Source: Armatimonadota bacterium
GTDB lineage: Bacteria > Sysuimicrobiota > Sysuimicrobiia > Sysuimicrobiales > Humicultoraceae
NCBI GenBank assembly: GCA_037443365.1
Contig: JBBIOM010000006.1
Span: 8,642-72,641 of the forward strand
Direction: 5' to 3'
Length of the DNA stretch: 64,000 nucleotides
A program made the translations under genes and the position numbers. How positions within the stretch are numbered: the first letter of the stretch is position 1; every line of letters begins with the position of its first letter. The notes beneath the pieces were generated by a model. It made no database searches and was not told the DNA's origin. It was given only the letters and a program-made list of their open reading frames with translations. Positions 36,430 to 46,538 of this stretch are shown piece by piece.

Positions 36430-38190
36430 ATGACGATTCAGGGCACGATCGTCAAGATCGCCGGACCGGCGGTGATCGCCCGCGGGATCACTGGCGCCCG
36501 CATGTACGACCTCGTGCACGTCGGGCGCGAGGGGCTGCTGGGCGAGATCATACGCCTCGACGGCGACACGGCGTTCATCCAGGTCTACGAGGACACCTCG
36601 GGGCTGCGGGTTGACGAGCCCGTCGCAACCACCGGGGCGCCGCTGGCGGTCGAGCTCGGTCCCGGGCTGCTCACCGGCATCTTCGACGGGATCCAGCGCC
36701 CGCTGGAGAGCCTGCGCGCCCAGAAGGGCGATTTCATGGCGCGCGGCGTCACGACCGACGCGCTCGATCGCTCGAGGCGGTGGGCGTTCTCCCCGGCTGT
36801 CCGGCCCGGCGCAAAGGTGGCTCCCGGCGACGTGATCGGGACCGTGGCCGAGTTCAGCTTTGAGCACAGGATTCTCGTCCCGCCGTCCTCGCGCGGGGGC
36901 GAGATAGCCGAGATCCGATCGGGCGGGTTCACGGTGGACGAGGTGATCGGGCGGCTTTCCGACGGCGAGGAGCTGCGCCTGATGCACCGCTGGCCGGTGC
37001 GCGCGCCCAGGCCCGTGACGAGGAAGCGCGATCCGCGCGAGCCGTTCATCTCGGGGCAGCGCATCATAGACATCTTGTTCCCGGTGGCGATGGGGGGTGC
37101 GGCCTCGATCCCGGGCCCGTTCGGCTCCGGCAAGACGGTCATGCAGCAGACGCTGGCCAAGTGGTCCAACGCCGACGTCATCATCTACGTGGGCTGCGGC
37201 GAGCGCGGCAACGAGATGACGCACGTGCTGGACGAGTTTCCCGAGCTGGAGGACCCGCGCACCGGGCGGCCCCTGATGGAGCGCACGGTGATCATCGCCA
37301 ACACCTCCAACATGCCGGTGGCGGCGCGCGAGGCGTCGGTCTACACCGGCATCACCATGGCCGAGTACTGGCGCGACCAGGGCTACAACGTCGCCGTGAT
37401 GGCGGACTCGACCAGCCGCTGGGCCGAGGCGATGCGCGAGATCTCCTCTCGCCTGGAGGAGATGCCGGCCGAGGAAGGCTACCCGCCCTACCTGTCGAGC
37501 CGGCTGGCGGCGTTCTACGAGCGGGCCGGCCGCGCGGTCTGCCTGGGGCATCCCGAGCGGGATGGGTCAGTGACGGTTGTGGGCGCGGTCTCTCCGCCGG
37601 GGGGCGACCTGTCCGAGCCGGTGACGCAGGCGACGCTGCGCATCACCGGCACGTTCTGGTCGCTCGATGCCGGGCTTGCCAACCGCAGGCACTTCCCGGC
37701 GATCCACTGGCTGCGGTCGTACAGCCTCTACACCCCCCTCTTCCGGGAGTGGTACCGCGAGCACATGCCCGAGGGCTTCGAGACGCTGCGTGCCCGGTGC
37801 TCGGCACTGCTCCAGCGCGAGGCCGAGCTGCAGGAGATCGTGCAGCTCGTGGGCCCCGACGCGCTGCAGGACGACCAGCGGCTGGTGATCGAGGTCGGCA
37901 AGATGCTGCGCGAGGACTTCCTGCAGCAGTCGTCGTTCTCCGACGTGGACGCCCACTGCCCGATGGACAAGGCCTGCGGCATGCTGACGGCGATCTTGGC
38001 CTTCTACGATGAGGCGACTGGAGCGCTGCGGCGCGGCATGCCGATGGACGAGATCCTCAATCTCCGGCAGGTCGAGGAGATCGCCCGCTTCAAGGAAGTG
38101 CCCAAGGAAGAGTTCGGGGCCTACATCGAGCCCTGGCTCGCGCGGTTGCCCGAGGCGTTCGGGGCCACGGCCGCGTCAGGAGGTGCGTAG
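36430..38190 (+). CDS. ntpA: V/A-type ATPase subunit A
   Basis: Motifs [37 protein letters not shown]. Confidence 0.97.
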   Translation: MTIQGTIVKIAGPAVIARGITGARMYDLVHVGREGLLGEIIRLDGDTAFIQVYEDTSGLRVDEPVATTGAPLAVELGPGLLTGIFDGIQRPLESLRAQKGDFMARGVTTDALDRSRRWAFSPAVRPGAKVAPGDVIGTVAEFSFEHRILVPPSSRGGEIAEIRSGGFTVDEVIGRLSDGEELRLMHRWPVRAPRPVTRKRDPREPFISGQRIIDILFPVAMGGAASIPGPFGSGKTVMQQTLAKWSNADVIIYVGCGERGNEMTHVLDEFPELEDPRTGRPLMERTVIIANTSNMPVAAREASVYTGITMAEYWRDQGYNVAVMADSTSRWAEAMREISSRLEEMPAEEGYPPYLSSRLAAFYERAGRAVCLGHPERDGSVTVVGAVSPPGGDLSEPVTQATLRITGTFWSLDAGLANRRHFPAIHWLRSYSLYTPLFREWYREHMPEGFETLRARCSALLQREAELQEIVQLVGPDALQDDQRLVIEVGKMLREDFLQQSSFSDVDAHCPMDKACGMLTAILAFYDEATGALRRGMPMDEILNLRQVEEIARFKEVPKEEFGAYIEPWLARLPEAFGATAASGGA

Positions 38191-38194
38191 CGCC

Positions 38195-39610
38195 ATGTCG
38201 CTGGCTACCAAGCAGTACCGGTCCATCTCATACGTGTCGGGCCCGCTGCTGTTCGTTGAAGGCGCGCGCGACCTGGCCTATGGCGCCATCGTGAACATAC
38301 ACATGGCCGATGGCGGCATCCGCGGCGGGCAGGTGATCGAGGTATCCGAGCGGAACGCGGTGATCCAGGTCTTCGAGGAGACCGCCGGGCTGGACCTGAC
38401 CCGCACGTCCGTTAGCCTGCGCGAGGACGTGGCGCGAATCGCCTGCTCGCGCGACATGATAGGCCGGCGTTTCAGCGGGCTGGGCGACCCGGTTGACGGG
38501 CTGCCGACCATCATACCGGAGAAGCGGCTCCCCATCATCGGCACGCCCATCAACCCCGTGGCCCGGCAGCGGCCGCAGGAGTTCATCCAGACCGGGATCT
38601 CATCCGTAGACGGGCTCAACACGTTGGTGCGCGGGCAGAAACTCCCGATCTTCTCGGGCGCCGGCCTGCCGCACAACGAGATCGCCGCTCAGATCGCGCG
38701 CCAGGCCAAGGTGCTCGGCGAGGCGGAGGAGTTCTCGGTTGTGTTCGCCGCCATGGGTATCACGCAGCGCGAGGCCGCCTACTTCATAGAGCAGTTCGAG
38801 GCGACCGGCGCGCTGGCCCGCAGCGTGGTCTTCCTGAACCTGGCCGATGACCCGGCGATTGAGCGGCTGATGACGCCGCGCATGGCGCTGACCACGGCCG
38901 AGTATCTTGCCTTCGATCTCGACATGCAGGTCCTGGTCATCCTGACGGACATGACCAACTACTGCGAGGCGCTGCGCGAGATCGGCGCGGCGCGCGAGGA
39001 GATCCCGGGTCGGCGCGGCTACCCCGGCTACATGTACACCGACCTGGCGACGATCTACGAGCGCGCCGGCCGCGTGCACGGCCGCAAGGGCTCGATCACG
39101 CAGCTCCCCATCCTGACCATGCCCGACGACGACATAACCCACCCCATCCCCGACCTGACCGGCTACATCACGGAGGGGCAGATCGTGCTGAGCCGCGCGC
39201 TGCACCGCAACGGCATCCACCCGCCGATCAACCCGCTGCCCAGCCTCTCGCGGCTGATGAACGACGGCATCGGCCCGGGTCGCACGCGCGCCGATCACGC
39301 CAACGTCAAGGACCAGCTCTTCGCCTCCTACGCCAACGGCGTGGACCTGCGCCGGCTGGTGGCCATCATCGGCGAGGAGGCGCTCACCGACCGCGACCGG
39401 CTCTACCTCAAGTTCGCCGAGGAGTTCGAGCGCCACTTCCTGGGGCAGGGCGAGACCGACCGCACAATCGAGGAGACGCTTGCGATCGGCTGGAAGCTGT
39501 TGAGCGGCTTCCCGAGGGGCGAGCTCAAGCGCGTCAAGCATGACCACGTGGACAAGTACTACGGCGAGCAGATGGAGAAGATCTGGGAGGACAAGAGCAC
39601 CCGGATCTAG
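38195..39610 (+). CDS. ntpB: V/A-type ATPase subunit B
   Basis: Motifs [42 protein letters not shown]. Confidence 0.97.
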   Translation: MSLATKQYRSISYVSGPLLFVEGARDLAYGAIVNIHMADGGIRGGQVIEVSERNAVIQVFEETAGLDLTRTSVSLREDVARIACSRDMIGRRFSGLGDPVDGLPTIIPEKRLPIIGTPINPVARQRPQEFIQTGISSVDGLNTLVRGQKLPIFSGAGLPHNEIAAQIARQAKVLGEAEEFSVVFAAMGITQREAAYFIEQFEATGALARSVVFLNLADDPAIERLMTPRMALTTAEYLAFDLDMQVLVILTDMTNYCEALREIGAAREEIPGRRGYPGYMYTDLATIYERAGRVHGRKGSITQLPILTMPDDDITHPIPDLTGYITEGQIVLSRALHRNGIHPPINPLPSLSRLMNDGIGPGRTRADHANVKDQLFASYANGVDLRRLVAIIGEEALTDRDRLYLKFAEEFERHFLGQGETDRTIEETLAIGWKLLSGFPRGELKRVKHDHVDKYYGEQMEKIWEDKSTRI

Positions 39611-39634
39611 CCCCGGGTACGGAGCGCACGCGAC

Positions 39635-40276
39635 ATGGCAGAGGTGATCAGCCCGACCCGCATGAACCTGCTGGCGCGGCGCAACCAGTTGCGCGTCGCG
39701 CAGCAGGGCGTGGACCTCCTCAAGCGCAAGCGGGACGCCCTGGTCGCCGATTTCTTCAAGATCGTGCGCGCGTCGCTGGAGGCCCGCGAATCGCTGGCGG
39801 CCGCCTGCCGCCGGTCGTATGTGGCGCTCTCGCTGGCCAAGGCCTGGGAGGGCAGGGAGGCGCTCGAGGCCGCGGCGCTCCCGGCCGGCCGCGACATCCT
39901 GATGGACATCGAGGTGCGCAGCGTCTGGGGCACCCGGATTCCCGAACTGACCCCCCCTGCCGTGCACCGGCCGCTGCTGGAGAGGGGACAGAACCCCGCG
40001 GCCACCAGCGCCCGTGCCATCGAGAGCGCCGCCAACTTCGAGGAGATGCTCTCGGCCATCCTGGGCGTGGGCGCCACGGAGATCAGGCTCCGCAGGATCG
40101 GCGAGGAGATCAAGAAGACCACGCGCCGCGTCAACGCGCTGGAGCAGGTGGTCATCCCGCGGCTCCGCTCCGAGACGCGATACATCGCCTCGGTGCTGGA
40201 GCAGCGCGCCCGTGAGGACGTCTTCCGCCTGAAGCGCATCAAGAAGAAGCTCCAGGCCAAGGAGAGAGGTGCCTAG
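39635..40276 (+). CDS. ntpD: V/A-type ATPase subunit D
   Basis: Motifs PTRMNL, LLKRKRDAL, TTRRVNALE. Confidence 0.95.
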   Translation: MAEVISPTRMNLLARRNQLRVAQQGVDLLKRKRDALVADFFKIVRASLEARESLAAACRRSYVALSLAKAWEGREALEAAALPAGRDILMDIEVRSVWGTRIPELTPPAVHRPLLERGQNPAATSARAIESAANFEEMLSAILGVGATEIRLRRIGEEIKKTTRRVNALEQVVIPRLRSETRYIASVLEQRAREDVFRLKRIKKKLQAKERGA

Positions 40277-41030
40277 CAACGCTCGCCCCGGAGGTGCCCC
40301 TGCGCCCTTCGCCGCGCGTGGAGCGGTAGCCCTGGGATTCGTGCTGGCGCTGGCGGGTTATCTCGTGGTCACGCAGTTCCGGACCGAGTGGCAGATCCGG
40401 CGGGCCCTGCGCATCCCTTCCACGCAGCTGGCGGAACTGGCCTTTCTCCTTCGGGATCAGGAGCGCGGTCGCGCGGCGCTGGAGTCCCAGGTCGGCGAGC
40501 TGCGCAGCCGGATGGCGGCGTACGAGAAGGCGGCGGCCGAGGGCCGGACCGCTGCCGCGAAGGTGAGCCGCGATCTCCAGGAGCTTCGGGCGCTGGTGGG
40601 CATCACCGCGCTACGGGGTCCTGGGATCACCGTCGAGTTGAACGACAGCACGCGGCCGCCCCGGGGCGGCGAGGATCCCAACAAGACCATCCTGCACTAC
40701 TCGGACATCCAGGGTGTGGTCGCCGAGTTGTGGGCCGGAGGCGCCGAGGCGATGGCGATCAACGGCGAGCGGATTGTGGGCACAACCGGCATCTCCTGCG
40801 TCGGCACCACGATACTCGTCAACACCAAGCGCATGGCACCACCCTACGTGATCACGGCGCTGGGCGAGCCCAAGCAACTGGTCCGCGCCCTGCGCCACCC
40901 GGGCGGACAGCTCGAGCTTCTCGCGGCGTTCGGCTTCCCTGTCAAGGCAACACCACGCGAACTCGCGGAAGTGCCGGCATACCGCGGCACCTTCAGGCTC
41001 GAGCACGCCTCCCTTGAGGGGAAGGAGTGA
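40269..41030 (+). CDS. DUF881 (YlxW/YlxX-like) protein
   Basis: TM plus coiled coil; motifs GPGITVELND, LWAGGAEAMAINGER, PPYVITALG. Confidence 0.88.
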   Translation: MPSNARPGGAPAPFAARGAVALGFVLALAGYLVVTQFRTEWQIRRALRIPSTQLAELAFLLRDQERGRAALESQVGELRSRMAAYEKAAAEGRTAAAKVSRDLQELRALVGITALRGPGITVELNDSTRPPRGGEDPNKTILHYSDIQGVVAELWAGGAEAMAINGERIVGTTGISCVGTTILVNTKRMAPPYVITALGEPKQLVRALRHPGGQLELLAAFGFPVKATPRELAEVPAYRGTFRLEHASLEGKE

Positions 41031-41383
41031 GGGCGATGTGGCTGCCGATTCTAGGTCTCGCAGTGGGCATTACGCTGGGATTCCTGTTCTCGGTGGAGAT
41101 CCCGCTTGGATACGTCAAGTACACCGCGATCGCCATCCTTGCGGCGATTGACACCACCCTGGGCGGGCTGCGAGCGCAACTGGAGGACCGGTTCGATCTC
41201 ATGATCTTCCTCTCGGGGTTCGTGGTCAACGCCTCGTTCGCCGCGCTGCTGGCGGGGATTGGCGACCTGTTGGGGCTCGACATCTACCTGGGCGCGGTCA
41301 TAGCGTTCAGCATCCGCATCTTCGACAACATCGGCTTCATCCGGCGCGATCTCATCGCGCGCCACATGAAAGGTGGGAGATAG
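41027..41383 (+). CDS. Small basic protein Sbp (DUF1290)
   Basis: Motifs AILAAIDT..GGLRA, FLSGF..N, RIFDN. Confidence 0.85.
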   Translation: MRAMWLPILGLAVGITLGFLFSVEIPLGYVKYTAIAILAAIDTTLGGLRAQLEDRFDLMIFLSGFVVNASFAALLAGIGDLLGLDIYLGAVIAFSIRIFDNIGFIRRDLIARHMKGGR

Positions 41384-41385
41384 CA

Positions 41386-42399
41386 ATGACTGTTCGCGTG
41401 GGCATCAACGGGTTCGGCCGCATCGGCCGTCTGGCGCTTAGGGCGATGCGGGAGCGGTATCCTGATAGGGTGCGGGTGGCGGCGATCAACGACATAGCCG
41501 ATCTGGAGACCAACGCGCACCTTCTCAAGTACGACTCGAACTACGGCACCTACTCCGGCGCGGTCTCGTCGCGCGACGGCAGGCTGGTGGTGGACGGGGC
41601 CGAGATCGCCGTGTTCGCCGAGCGCGACCCCGGCACGATTCCCTGGTCGCAGGCCGGCGTCGAGGTCGTGCTCGAGTGCACCGGCCGCTTCACCGCCGCC
41701 GACAAGGCGCGCGGGCATCTCCAGGGCGGCGCCAAGAAGGTCCTGATAAGCGCGCCGGGCAAGGGCGACGACATCACGATCAACATGGGCGTGAACCACG
41801 AGCAGTACGATCCCGCCAGGCACTCGATCATCAGCAACGGCTCGTGCACCACCAACGGGCTCTCGGTGACCGCCAAGGTGCTCAGCCGCCAGTTCGGGAT
41901 CAAGCGGGGGTTCATGACCACGGTCCACTCGTACACCAACACCCAGCGCATCCTGGACGTGGTGAGCGACGACCTGCGCGAGGCCAGGGCCGCGGCACTG
42001 AACATCATTCCCGCGAGTACCGGCGCGGCCCGGGCGATCCACCTCGTGCTGCCCGAGCTCAAGGGGAAGCTGACGGGAATCGCGCTGCGGGTCCCGACAC
42101 CCACCGTATCCGTGGTGGACCTGGTCGTGGAGCTCGAGAAGGCCGGCACCGCCGAGGCGCTCAACGCAGCGTTCCGGGCCGCCGCCGACGGTGAGATGAA
42201 GGGATACCTGGGCTACAGCGAGGTCCCGCTGGTCTCGGTGGACTTCAAGGGCGACTCGCGGTCTGGGATCGTTGACGGCCCGCTTACGATGGTGATGGGC
42301 GACACCCTGGCCAAGGTCATGACGTGGTACGACAACGAGTGGGGGTACGCCTGCCGGATGGCCGACCTGGTCAACTACGTCGCAGAGCGGGGCCTCTGA
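41386..42399 (+). CDS. gap: Type I glyceraldehyde-3-phosphate dehydrogenase
   Basis: Motifs GINGFGRIGR, SCTTN, WYDNEWGY. Confidence 0.97.
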   Translation: MTVRVGINGFGRIGRLALRAMRERYPDRVRVAAINDIADLETNAHLLKYDSNYGTYSGAVSSRDGRLVVDGAEIAVFAERDPGTIPWSQAGVEVVLECTGRFTAADKARGHLQGGAKKVLISAPGKGDDITINMGVNHEQYDPARHSIISNGSCTTNGLSVTAKVLSRQFGIKRGFMTTVHSYTNTQRILDVVSDDLREARAAALNIIPASTGAARAIHLVLPELKGKLTGIALRVPTPTVSVVDLVVELEKAGTAEALNAAFRAAADGEMKGYLGYSEVPLVSVDFKGDSRSGIVDGPLTMVMGDTLAKVMTWYDNEWGYACRMADLVNYVAERGL

Positions 42400-43577
42400 T
42401 GAAGAAGACCGTGCGAGACGTTGACGTCTCTGGGCGGCGCGTGCTGGTGCGCTGCGACTTCAACGTGCCCATGGAAGCCGGCCGGATCACCGACGACCGC
42501 AGAATCCGCGAATCGCTCCCGACCATACGCTACCTGCTCGAGCGCGGCGCGCGCGTCGTTCTCTGCTCCCACCTGGGACGCCCCAGGGGGCGCCCGGATC
42601 CGGCCTTCACGCTGGCGCCGGTGGCCGAGCGTATGGGCGCGCTGCTCGGGCAGCCTGTGCCGTTGCTGCCCGACTGTGTCGGGCCCTCTGTCGAGGACGC
42701 GGTCGCGCACATGCGCCCTGGGGAGGCGGTCCTGCTCGAGAACCTGAGGTTCCACGCCGAGGAGGAGGCCAACGCTCCTGACTTCGCCGCAAAGCTCGCC
42801 CGGCTGGCCGACCTATTCGTGAACGACGCCTTCGGCACGGCCCATCGCGCGCACTCAAGCACCGCGGGTGTAGCCGCGCACCTACCCGCTGTGGCCGGGT
42901 TTCTGCTAGAGAAGGAGCTGGAACACCTCGGGGGGGCGCTGGACTCGCCGGTCCGGCCGTTCGTCGCGATCCTGGGCGGGAAGAAGGTCTCGGACAAGAT
43001 AGGCGTGATCCGCCACCTCCTGGAGCGCGCGGACGCGCTGCTCGTGGGCGGAGGGATGGCGTACACCTTCCTGGCCGCGAAGGGCCTTGACGTCGGCACC
43101 TCGATCTGCGAGCGCGACTCCCTGGCGCTTGCCAGCGAGCTGCTGGCCGAAGCCGCCCGGCGGGGCGTGAGGTTCGAGATCCCATCAGACGTGGTGGTGG
43201 CGGCGGCTGTGGAGGCCGGCGCCGATCACCAGGTGGTGGACGCCGGTGCGATTCCCCCGGGGTGGGCCGGCGTGGACATCGGTCCCCGCACCGCCGCGCT
43301 CTTCGCCGCTGTGATCCGGACGGCGGGTACGGTGCTGTGGAACGGCCCGATGGGCGTCTTCGAGATACCCGCCTTCTCCGGCGGCACGCGCTCCGTGGCC
43401 GAGGCCATGGCCGATTCCCCTGCGGTCACCGTGGTGGGCGGCGGGGACACCGCGGCCGCGGTTGAGGCGCTGGGCCTGGCCGACCGAATGACGCACATCT
43501 CCACTGGCGGCGGGGCGTCGCTCGAGTTCATGGAAGGCCGCGAGCTCCCGGGAATCGCTGTGCTGGAGGATAGGTGA
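42399..43577 (+). CDS. pgk: Phosphoglycerate kinase
   Basis: Motifs DFNVP, SHLGRP, LLENLRF, NDAFGTAHR, STGGGASL. Confidence 0.97.
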   Translation: MKKTVRDVDVSGRRVLVRCDFNVPMEAGRITDDRRIRESLPTIRYLLERGARVVLCSHLGRPRGRPDPAFTLAPVAERMGALLGQPVPLLPDCVGPSVEDAVAHMRPGEAVLLENLRFHAEEEANAPDFAAKLARLADLFVNDAFGTAHRAHSSTAGVAAHLPAVAGFLLEKELEHLGGALDSPVRPFVAILGGKKVSDKIGVIRHLLERADALLVGGGMAYTFLAAKGLDVGTSICERDSLALASELLAEAARRGVRFEIPSDVVVAAAVEAGADHQVVDAGAIPPGWAGVDIGPRTAALFAAVIRTAGTVLWNGPMGVFEIPAFSGGTRSVAEAMADSPAVTVVGGGDTAAAVEALGLADRMTHISTGGGASLEFMEGRELPGIAVLEDR

Positions 43578-43581
43578 AGCG

Positions 43582-44337
43582 ATGCGCACGCCGCTGGTTG
43601 CAGGCAACTGGAAGATGCACACCACCGTGCGCGAGGCGCGCGATCTGGCCTTTGGGGTTTCGTCGCGCCTGGCCGGTGTCGAGGGCGTGGACGTGGTCGT
43701 CTGCCCGCCGTTCACGGCGCTGGCCGAGGTGGGCAGGGCGCTGGGCGGCTCGCAGGTGGAACTGGGCGCCCAGGACCTGCACTGGGAGCCCTTGGGCGCA
43801 TTCACCGGGGAGATATCTGCAGGGATGCTCTGGGACCTGGGATGCACCTACGCGATCGTGGGGCACTCCGAGCGCCGGCGGCTGCTGGGCGAGGATGACG
43901 AGGCCGCAGGACGCAAGGTCGCTGCCGCCCTAGCAGGCGAGCTCATCCCGATCCTTTGCGTCGGGGAGTCAATGGAGGAGCGCTCCTCCGGCCGAACCGA
44001 GCGGATCGTGCAGACCCAGGCGCGCATTGGCACGCTCGGGATCGCGCCTGAGCAGGCGGCCGGTCTCGTGGTGGCCTACGAGCCGGTCTGGGCCATAGGG
44101 ACCGGCGTCCCAGCCACGGGTGAGGAGGCCGGGCGCATCGCGCGGCTGCTGCGGGGCTGGCTGGCCGAGTGGTTCGGCGATGCGGCCGGCCTCATCCGCA
44201 TCCTCTACGGCGGCAGCGTCACGCCCGAGACCATTCGCGAGTTCACGAGCCAGCCCGATGTGGACGGCGCCCTGGTCGGGGGCGCCAGCCTCAATGCCGA
44301 TGCCTTCGCGGCGATCGTGCGGGCGGTCGCGGCCTGA
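43582..44337 (+). CDS. tpiA: Triosephosphate isomerase
   Basis: Motifs AGNWKM, GHSERR, AYEPVWAIGTG, YGGSV, LVGGASL. Confidence 0.97.
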   Translation: MRTPLVAGNWKMHTTVREARDLAFGVSSRLAGVEGVDVVVCPPFTALAEVGRALGGSQVELGAQDLHWEPLGAFTGEISAGMLWDLGCTYAIVGHSERRRLLGEDDEAAGRKVAAALAGELIPILCVGESMEERSSGRTERIVQTQARIGTLGIAPEQAAGLVVAYEPVWAIGTGVPATGEEAGRIARLLRGWLAEWFGDAAGLIRILYGGSVTPETIREFTSQPDVDGALVGGASLNADAFAAIVRAVAA

Positions 44338-44379
44338 CCGCCCGCATCCGGGCTGCGGCACCGCCCTGCAACCGGCCTA

Positions 44380-44811
44380 CTACGAGGCGGCGGGGGGTAC
44401 GTCCTCTACGATCACCTCGTACGTGATGCGCGCGGCATGGCGCAGCATCGCGGCCACGGAGCAGTAGCGCTCCTCGGACAGGCTGACCGCCTTCTCGACC
44501 TGGTCCCGCTGCAGGCCGGCCCCGCGGGCCCGGTAGCGCAGGTGGATCGCCGTGAACACCTTGGGATGCTCCTGGGCGCGCTCGCCGCTCACGTCTATCG
44601 TCAACCCTTCCAGCGGGGCGCGCATCTTCCTCAGGATGGACACCACGTCCATCCCGGTGCAGCCCGCCAGGGCGGCCAGAAGCGCCTGCATCGGCGACGG
44701 GCCTGCCCCGCTCCCTCCGAACTCGCGGTTCGCGTCCATGGTGATGCCTTCAACTTCCGGCGCGACGGCGTCGAAACGCATCGCTGGGGTCCAGGTCACC
44801 GTGATGTTCAT
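44380..44811 (-). CDS. OsmC family protein
   Basis: Motifs GPSPM..LLAALAGCTGMDV and SEERYCSV; GGAGG RBS. Confidence 0.9.
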   Translation of the reverse strand: MNITVTWTPAMRFDAVAPEVEGITMDANREFGGSGAGPSPMQALLAALAGCTGMDVVSILRKMRAPLEGLTIDVSGERAQEHPKVFTAIHLRYRARGAGLQRDQVEKAVSLSEERYCSVAAMLRHAARITYEVIVEDVPPAAS

Positions 44812-44899
44812 TGTGCCTCCCTTTGCCTGCCTTGTTGTGGATCGCGAGGTGCTCTCCTGCCAGTGTAGCGCCTGAACGTCGCCCACGGTAGCCGACCCG

Positions 44900-44928
44900 T
44901 TGATTTGCCTGGGCGCGGATGCTACCAT
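44900..44928 (+). promoter_or_regulatory. Putative promoter for secG/tRNA-Leu
   Basis: TTGATT-N17-TACCAT with an extended -10 TG. Confidence 0.5.
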
Positions 44929-44981
44929 GAGAATCGTTCCGGGGTCGGCGGCCCCGGGACTGCCATCTGGAGGTGAACGCC

Positions 44982-45200
44982 TTGAACGACGTCCTGATCA
45001 TTGTTCACCTCATCGTTTCGCTGTCCCTGGTGGGGATCATCCTGCTCCAGGGCCCGAAGGGTGAGGGGCTGGGCGCCATCGGCGGGAGCGCGCGCCTGTT
45101 CCACGGCCCCCGGCCGCGCGAGACCCTGATGACCCGCATCACGACCGGGGCATCCTTGCTCTTCGTGTTGACGGCAAGCATTCTGTCCTTCTGGCGCTAG
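44982..45200 (+). CDS. secG: Preprotein translocase subunit SecG
   Basis: ILLQGPKGEGLGAIGG with two TM helices. TTG start after GGAGGTG (alternative GTG at 44973). Confidence 0.9.
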   Translation: MNDVLIIVHLIVSLSLVGIILLQGPKGEGLGAIGGSARLFHGPRPRETLMTRITTGASLLFVLTASILSFWR

Positions 45201-45252
45201 AAGATCGGGGCGGTCCCGCCGCCCCTGACAACAGGTTCGTGTGGCCGTCCTT

Positions 45253-45338
45253 GCCGGGATGGCGGAACTTGGCAGACGCGCACGCTTGAGGGGCGTGTGG
45301 GGCTTCCCGTGGGGGTTCAAATCCCCCTCCCGGCACCA
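45253..45338 (+). tRNA. tRNA-Leu(GAG)
   Basis: Acceptor stem GCCGGGA/TCCCGGC + ACCA, anticodon stem CACGC-TTGAGGG-GCGTG, long variable arm, GGTTCAAATCC T-arm. Confidence 0.95.
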
Positions 45339-45439
45339 GGAAATTGTCAACAGATTGTCCTCGCCCAAGGTCCTCACCTGGAAATCAGGCACCCCATGGA
45401 CTGCGGGGCTGGGTCCCGCTTCTGACAATGGGTGGGTTC

Positions 45440-45589
45440 TCGTCCGCGACGTTGGTGACGATGACGCGGGGGATGGGGCTCGGCCAGGACCTGAGCCCAG
45501 CCATAAGGCCCGCAGGCGGCTTCTACCTCGGCGACACCGCGGTGACCGTTGATCCGCAGCTCTATGCGCTGCCGCTCCCGGCTCTATGA
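45440..45589 (+). pseudogene. Possible C-terminal remnant of an AAA-ATPase/DUF4143 gene
   Basis: Ends GGFYLGDTAVTVDPQLYALPLPAL*, resembling DUF4143 C-termini; the upstream part appears frameshifted. Confidence 0.35.
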
Positions 45590-45848
45590 GGGATACGGGA
45601 GTGGACGGTCTCGCCAAGCGCACGCTCCGACAGGGTTCTCGGCACTGCCAGCACCAGCGGCACGACCATGATGATCAGCAGCAGCAAAGCGACCATGGCG
45701 ATGTTGAGGGGCATGAGGACGACCATCATGATGATGAACCACGGTACACGCCGACGGCCGCGATGGGGAGCATCATCCGCACCGCGGCGCATCCCTCCGC
45801 CGCAGATTCACGGGAGTCCGCCGAGCGCGGCCAGGGGGACAGGGAGGG

Positions 45849-45895
45849 TTGACTTGTCCTTGCTTTGCTCAGTAAGATTAAGCAAAACAAGGACA
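45849..45895 (+). promoter_or_regulatory. abiE promoter overlapped by an inverted repeat
   Basis: TTGACT-N18-TAAGAT. The arms TGTCCTTGCTTTGCT (45855-45869) and AGCAAAACAAGGACA (45881-45895) match at 14/15. Confidence 0.7.
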
Positions 45896-45896
45896 G

Positions 45897-46538
45897 ATGC
45901 GAGGTGGACCGGTGCCCCGAAAAGTCGCCGATTTCCAGCGCCTATATCAGCTCGCCGCCGCGCAGGCGGGGCACTTCACTACCCACCAGGCGGCCGAGGC
46001 GGGCTACACGCGCTCCAACCTTGCGTATCACGCTGCTCAGGGCAGGTTCGAGCGCGTCGCCCAGGGCCTCTACCGGTTGCGTGACTTCCCGGCTTCTCCC
46101 CACGAGGATGTGATCGCTGCATGGGTGCGCATTGGTCCTGAGAGGGCCGTGGCGTCTCACGAGACGGCTCTGCGTCTCTTCGATCTTTCCACTGCGGAGC
46201 CCCGAAAGATCCACCTCACGGTGTACCGGCGAGACCGGCCTCGCAACCCGGTGCCACTGAAGAGCGTCCGGATCCACAGCACTTCGCGGCAGCTCCGGCC
46301 GGATGAGGTGAGGGTACATGCCGGTGTGCGCGTGACCGCACCCGCTCGGACGATCGCCGACGCCGCAGAAGCCGGGACCGATCCTTCCCACATCGTTGAG
46401 GCGGTCGCACAGGGACTCGGCACGGGGCATGTTACCGCAGGAGAGCTCCTTCGCGTTGCTTCCGACCGCCCGGGTCGCGTGAAGAGGCTCATCGAGCGCG
46501 CCATTGAGGAGGCCCGCGCCCATGCCGGAACCCGGTGA
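45897..46538 (+). CDS. abiEi: Type IV TA antitoxin, AbiEi family
   Basis: Motifs AAAQAGHFTT.QA, FERVAQGLYR, ASHETAL, VTAPARTIAD. Confidence 0.88.
   Translation: MRGGPVPRKVADFQRLYQLAAAQAGHFTTHQAAEAGYTRSNLAYHAAQGRFERVAQGLYRLRDFPASPHEDVIAAWVRIGPERAVASHETALRLFDLSTAEPRKIHLTVYRRDRPRNPVPLKSVRIHSTSRQLRPDEVRVHAGVRVTAPARTIADAAEAGTDPSHIVEAVAQGLGTGHVTAGELLRVASDRPGRVKRLIERAIEEARAHAGTR

Noticed and set aside
45207-45225. GC hairpin GGGGCGG-N5-CCGCCCC after secG as a terminator
   Set aside because: There is no U-tract, and it lies just before a probably co-transcribed tRNA; its function is unclear.
45562-45792. Hydrophobic 76-aa minus-strand ORF in the islet
   Set aside because: No recognisable family or clear RBS; it cannot be supported as a gene.
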